A stretch of DNA of 63,045 bases, filler included, from Lenisia limosa (Eukaryota; Protista; Breviatea), in NCBI GenBank assembly GCA_001655205.1. It is 10 parts of 10 records of this genome, joined end to end, with 100 filler letters (N's around TTAATTAATTAA, not from the genome) between each part and the next. Parts side by side here need not be neighbours in the genome. Positions count along the whole stretch, not along the records: positions 58,927 to 61,325 come from LPNZ01007475.1; positions 61,426 to 63,045 come from LPNZ01000108.1; 8 more parts are not named here. One strand, 5' to 3'. A model generated the notes under the pieces. That model did no database searches. It saw nothing but the letters and a program-made list of their open reading frames with translations, and was not told where the DNA came from. Each line of letters begins with the position of its first letter. Positions within the stretch are counted from its first letter, which is position 1. This document shows positions 59,701 through 63,045 of this stretch, one piece after another. The position numbers and the translations under genes are program-made.

Positions 59701-60953
59701 GTCCAAGTTTTCAGCACTCTCCATACACCGATCGAAGGAGCAGTCGTGAAAATCGCCTCTGTGGATCACCATGATCTTCAGATCCACTCAAACACCCCCG
59801 AAGTTTTCTGTTGGGGGTGGGGGATAGGGAAGGAACGTACATGTACAGTGTACATTTTTATATATCGATATTGTATAGTATATCATAAATGTATCTAAAC
59901 TACCACTTCATGTAACTAATGTTGTAATATGCATCACACAGTAATATTGCAATTTATTACCAACTTAGTTAACACAACTCTAAAGTTTACAACTAAAATA
60001 CTCTTCTTAATATTCCCATAGATATGCATATCAATATGTGTAATATGTAACTAATGATGGTTAAATGTTGTAATATGTGTCTAATGTATTAATATTAACA
60101 ATGCTTCATATGTGTACATATGTACACTTTATAGTAATGCAGATTATATTGCAACATTTAACTAATAACTTAAGCATGTACATGTACATATGTATATTTA
60201 TGTAACTAATGCAGGTAATGTAACTGCAACGGATGCGGTAACCAACTCCAATGGTATCGCCACTTTCAAGGATATTGTTGTGCATGGTTGCAACGGGCCT
60301 TATTTGGTGGGGTTATATTATCTCTTTTACATTTATTTTTTTGACTTTTGGCATTTTTTTGTCATGATGCATTCGCCCCCTAATTTCTCCGCCCAGGCAC
60401 TCGGATTTGCCTGTGACGGCCGATACCGCTCGGATGACACTGGGTCTTTCCCCCAGATCGTCAAGAACTCACTTATCCCACATAGCGTAGCGAAACTCAC
60501 TATGACTGGCCTTGAGTGGGGGGTGGGGGTAATGTAGGATAGGATATGAGACTAAAAGACGTGTACGAAATATATTATATAAGGCTTCTCTACGTTTTCA
60601 AAAAGACGGAATTATTCGATAAACATCGATATTTTGACAGTCTTTTTTCATAGGGAAGTCCAAGAATATACAATCAGAATCAACTCACAATTAGGGTTTC
60701 CTAATTTTTGACAAATTCAGCGCTTCAGTCAAATCTGCTACCAATACTACCTTCAAAGTCAAAGTGGGAGGTATAATCTTTGGTCAAGTTTTCAAATATC
60801 AGGAGAAGCCTTGATTGATTTTCCTCAAATCACGTAGCAAATCGTTCAGATCTTATCTTCCCCCCTCTTGGGGTTTTTTTTCCCCATAAATTTTCCAATT
60901 TTACACCCCCCCCCCAGGCCACGAACAGTGCCGGCGCCGGGCTTTCAGGCATC
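59701..60953 (+). CDS. Multi-exon putative extracellular protein with Ig/prealbumin-like beta repeats (fragment)
   Basis: Exons VQVFSTLHTPIEGAVVKIASV.., GNVTATDAVTNSNGIATFKDIVVHG.. (TxxxG.ATF pattern), ALGFACDGRY.., IVKNSL.., ATNSAGAGLSGI, each bounded by C-rich AG acceptors and GT donors. Confidence 0.45.
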
Positions 60954-62002
60954 NNNNNNNNNNNNNNNNNNNNNNNNNNNNNNNNNNNNNNNNNNAGACC
61001 ATCGTGCTTCAAGTTTGGGGGGGGGGGGTATTTGTCTGTGTCTTGGGGGTTAATGTCGATATATGTGATTTTTTATATGATAGTATATATCATTTTTTCA
61101 TGTATATACTGTGACCATGAAAAGTCCTGACACGAGCAGCTTAGTATTAAGTTCAATAGCCGTGTCAGAACTTATCGCGGTCAGTGTATGTGGGTATGTG
61201 GTTCAGTGTTTTTCTTCAATAATTAACCCGATTTAGTGGGAGTGGACGGCTTCATGCAGGAAATGTACCGGCTCTCCACGGACCCAGACACCATGTCGGT
61301 CGCCTACCACAAATCGATCATTGTGNNNNNNNNNNNNNNNNNNNNNNNNNNNNNNNNNNNNNNNNNNNNTTAATTAATTAANNNNNNNNNNNNNNNNNNN
61401 NNNNNNNNNNNNNNNNNNNNNNNNNAACCCAAGTATGGACAGTCGCTTCCAGAGAAGTACTCGTTTTGGGGAGCTGGGGAGTTAAAATAGTGGAATTTTA
61501 AGAAACAAACAAAACAAAAAAACCCTCTGAATTAATTCTGTTGGCTTAGCATTTCGGAAACACAAGGTAAAAAAACAACAAACTCTAAAACGAAGCCAGT
61601 AGCAACAAACAAAAACGTAATAAAAACCCGAATTGGTTTCCCAATGAGGAAATTTTAAAAGGAATTCAGTTTTTACAACGAGTGGAATCTGTTTACCAGG
61701 CGTGTCATTTCGTTTATCGACCATGAGCAGCAATCGAAACTGGTGCTGCCTTTGAAACCAAAATCACCCCCAACATACAGTCATCATCGGAGTCGGAGTC
61801 GCTGTAAGCAGTTGTGCTTCTCTCTAAGGCGGTTACGGTGCTGTTTCTCAAAAACACAAGATTTACACCAGTTGAAATTTTGATAGTTATAATGAAATCA
61901 TATCACAATTAGTTCAAAGACTGAATTTCTCGATAAATCCTCGAAAACTATCGATATTTTACCAGACTTTGTTTGAACCGAAGTGAAACCCTAATCACAA
62001 CC

Positions 62003-62577
62003 CCCCCGCACCTCCAGCATCATGACGCTGGGAATATCGGGTATGATGAACGCCAAGAATGTCGGGGAGAATGTCCATGAGATAACTGCTGCTCGAGTGG
62101 GCTGGTCGTCTGGCCACCTGGGTTGTCAGTTGATGTAATTTCGAATCCCGTCACTGTTTGATTACTATGATATGATATCTGACAAGGAGGGCTTCAATTC
62201 GGTTCGAAAAAAAGAATAGATTTCTCGATAAATCCCCGAAAATTATCGATTTTTATCGGTCTTTTTCGAACAGAAGTGAAGCCCAATAATATACACTGTA
62301 TTACCCATATTCCCTAGTGAAATGTTAACCCATAAGGATTTCTGGTATGGTAATTCGTTTGTGGTATCCCTATGTAAATATTTGTTCCCAAAACTTAAAT
62401 TAACGTGTTGTTATTCTTGCTCTTATCAAGACCCCACAAAAAAAAAAAACTGAGATAAAGCCGAACCTGTTTGCTCTTGCGCTTCTTCTTATCGAGGGCC
62501 TCAGATACCCATTGTTGGTCATAGCCCTGACACTCCGCCGGGATGGGGCAGAGGCAGAAGGGCGTGTGCCGGGTTTC
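62003..62577 (-). CDS. Putative exons of an unidentified gene; more exons likely on both sides
   Basis: CACTTACCATATTAG|ETRHTPFCLCPIPAECQGYDQQWVSEALDKKKRKSKQ|GT ... CAG|VARRPAHSSSSYLMDILPDILGVHHTRYSQRHDAG|GT. Confidence 0.45.
62189..62284. mobile_element. MITE family A, near full-length copy (96 bp). Further copies near 29251, 34450, 54596, 56941, 59101, 60583 and 61911
   Basis: GGGCTTCAATTCGGTTCGAAAAAA...TTTTTCGAACAGAAGTGAAGCCC. Confidence 0.85.
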
Positions 62578-63045
62578 CTAATATGGTAAGTGGGTGACCT
62601 TCAATTTTTGACCAAAATGGAGGTGAATAATTTAATATTAATAAAAAAAAAGGAAGCATCGGTAAAACAAACAGCCATCCTCTTCCATATCCAATATCTC
62701 TTCTATGCGTGAACTTGGGATTCCCTTGTAGTATTTGGGAATCCTAAAAAACTATGAAGGATTCCCATGTAAATAAAAGGATTACCAGCTTCTTCATCAG
62801 AATACCAAGTCAATGCTCTGTAGTATTCATAAGAATCCCTAGTCATGCACATAGAAAATGAAAAAAAAAAAACAAACAATAAAACATCAATCTCCCAGAC
62901 CTTGGCAAAGTCGTGCGTATAGCTTCGAACGTCCTTCACTATTCCAGTTCCCGTCCTGCAATTCTGCAGCGCCAAATCGTGGAGGTGGCGGATCGCTAGG
63001 CCAAACTCAAGACCTTCAACTTTCTCTGCACTCGCCGTGTTTTCG

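Noticed and set aside
26394-61381. Nine regularly recurring TTAATTAATTAA palindromes
   Set aside because: Always centred in 44+44 N; a six-frame-stop linker added when scaffolds were concatenated. Gene adjacency across these points has no biological meaning.
1-63045. rRNA, tRNA, prokaryotic operons or endogenous giant-virus genes
   Set aside because: None recognised by eye; all identifiable genes are spliceosomal-intron-containing eukaryotic genes. A tRNAscan/Infernal run would be needed to exclude small RNAs formally.

Overview
Eukaryotic, intron-rich genomic DNA (standard code, GT-AG introns), probably from a protist; amoebozoan-like is an impression, not a demonstrated assignment. The window is not one contiguous locus. 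Nine artificial 100-bp spacers (44 N + TTAATTAATTAA + 44 N) join ten independent scaffolds. Scaffold 1 (1-26349) is a compact housekeeping region with mostly ~30-60 nt AT-rich introns. It carries INO1, a C10/C12orf57 homolog, a Qc-SNARE, RPF1, an M6PR/ATG27-like receptor, PFKFB, a qRRM protein, a bHLH factor, TAP42/alpha4, a large multi-C2 protein, a GT13 GlcNAc-transferase, SF3B5 and RAD18. The PFKFB gene has one long intron holding a decayed Penelope-like RT. The nine short scaffolds (26450-63045) look different: GC-richer exons, longer introns with 5' G-runs and 3' C-runs, and many 50-170 bp repeats (Harbinger-like, Tc1/mariner-like and CACTA-like MITEs, plus a structured repeat tied to the Penelope-like RT). 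Splicing exons by hand there recovers an ankyrin protein, a HisC/CobD-like PLP aminotransferase, an EXD2-like HNH-domain protein, an M13 peptidase and a RasGAP. The most unusual signals are the Penelope-linked structured repeat with no recognisable hammerhead, an identical 18-mer at the 3' splice sites of unrelated genes, and repeated tandem duplication of splice sites. All gene models were spliced by eye, so boundaries are approximate and family calls rest on recalled motifs, not database searches.
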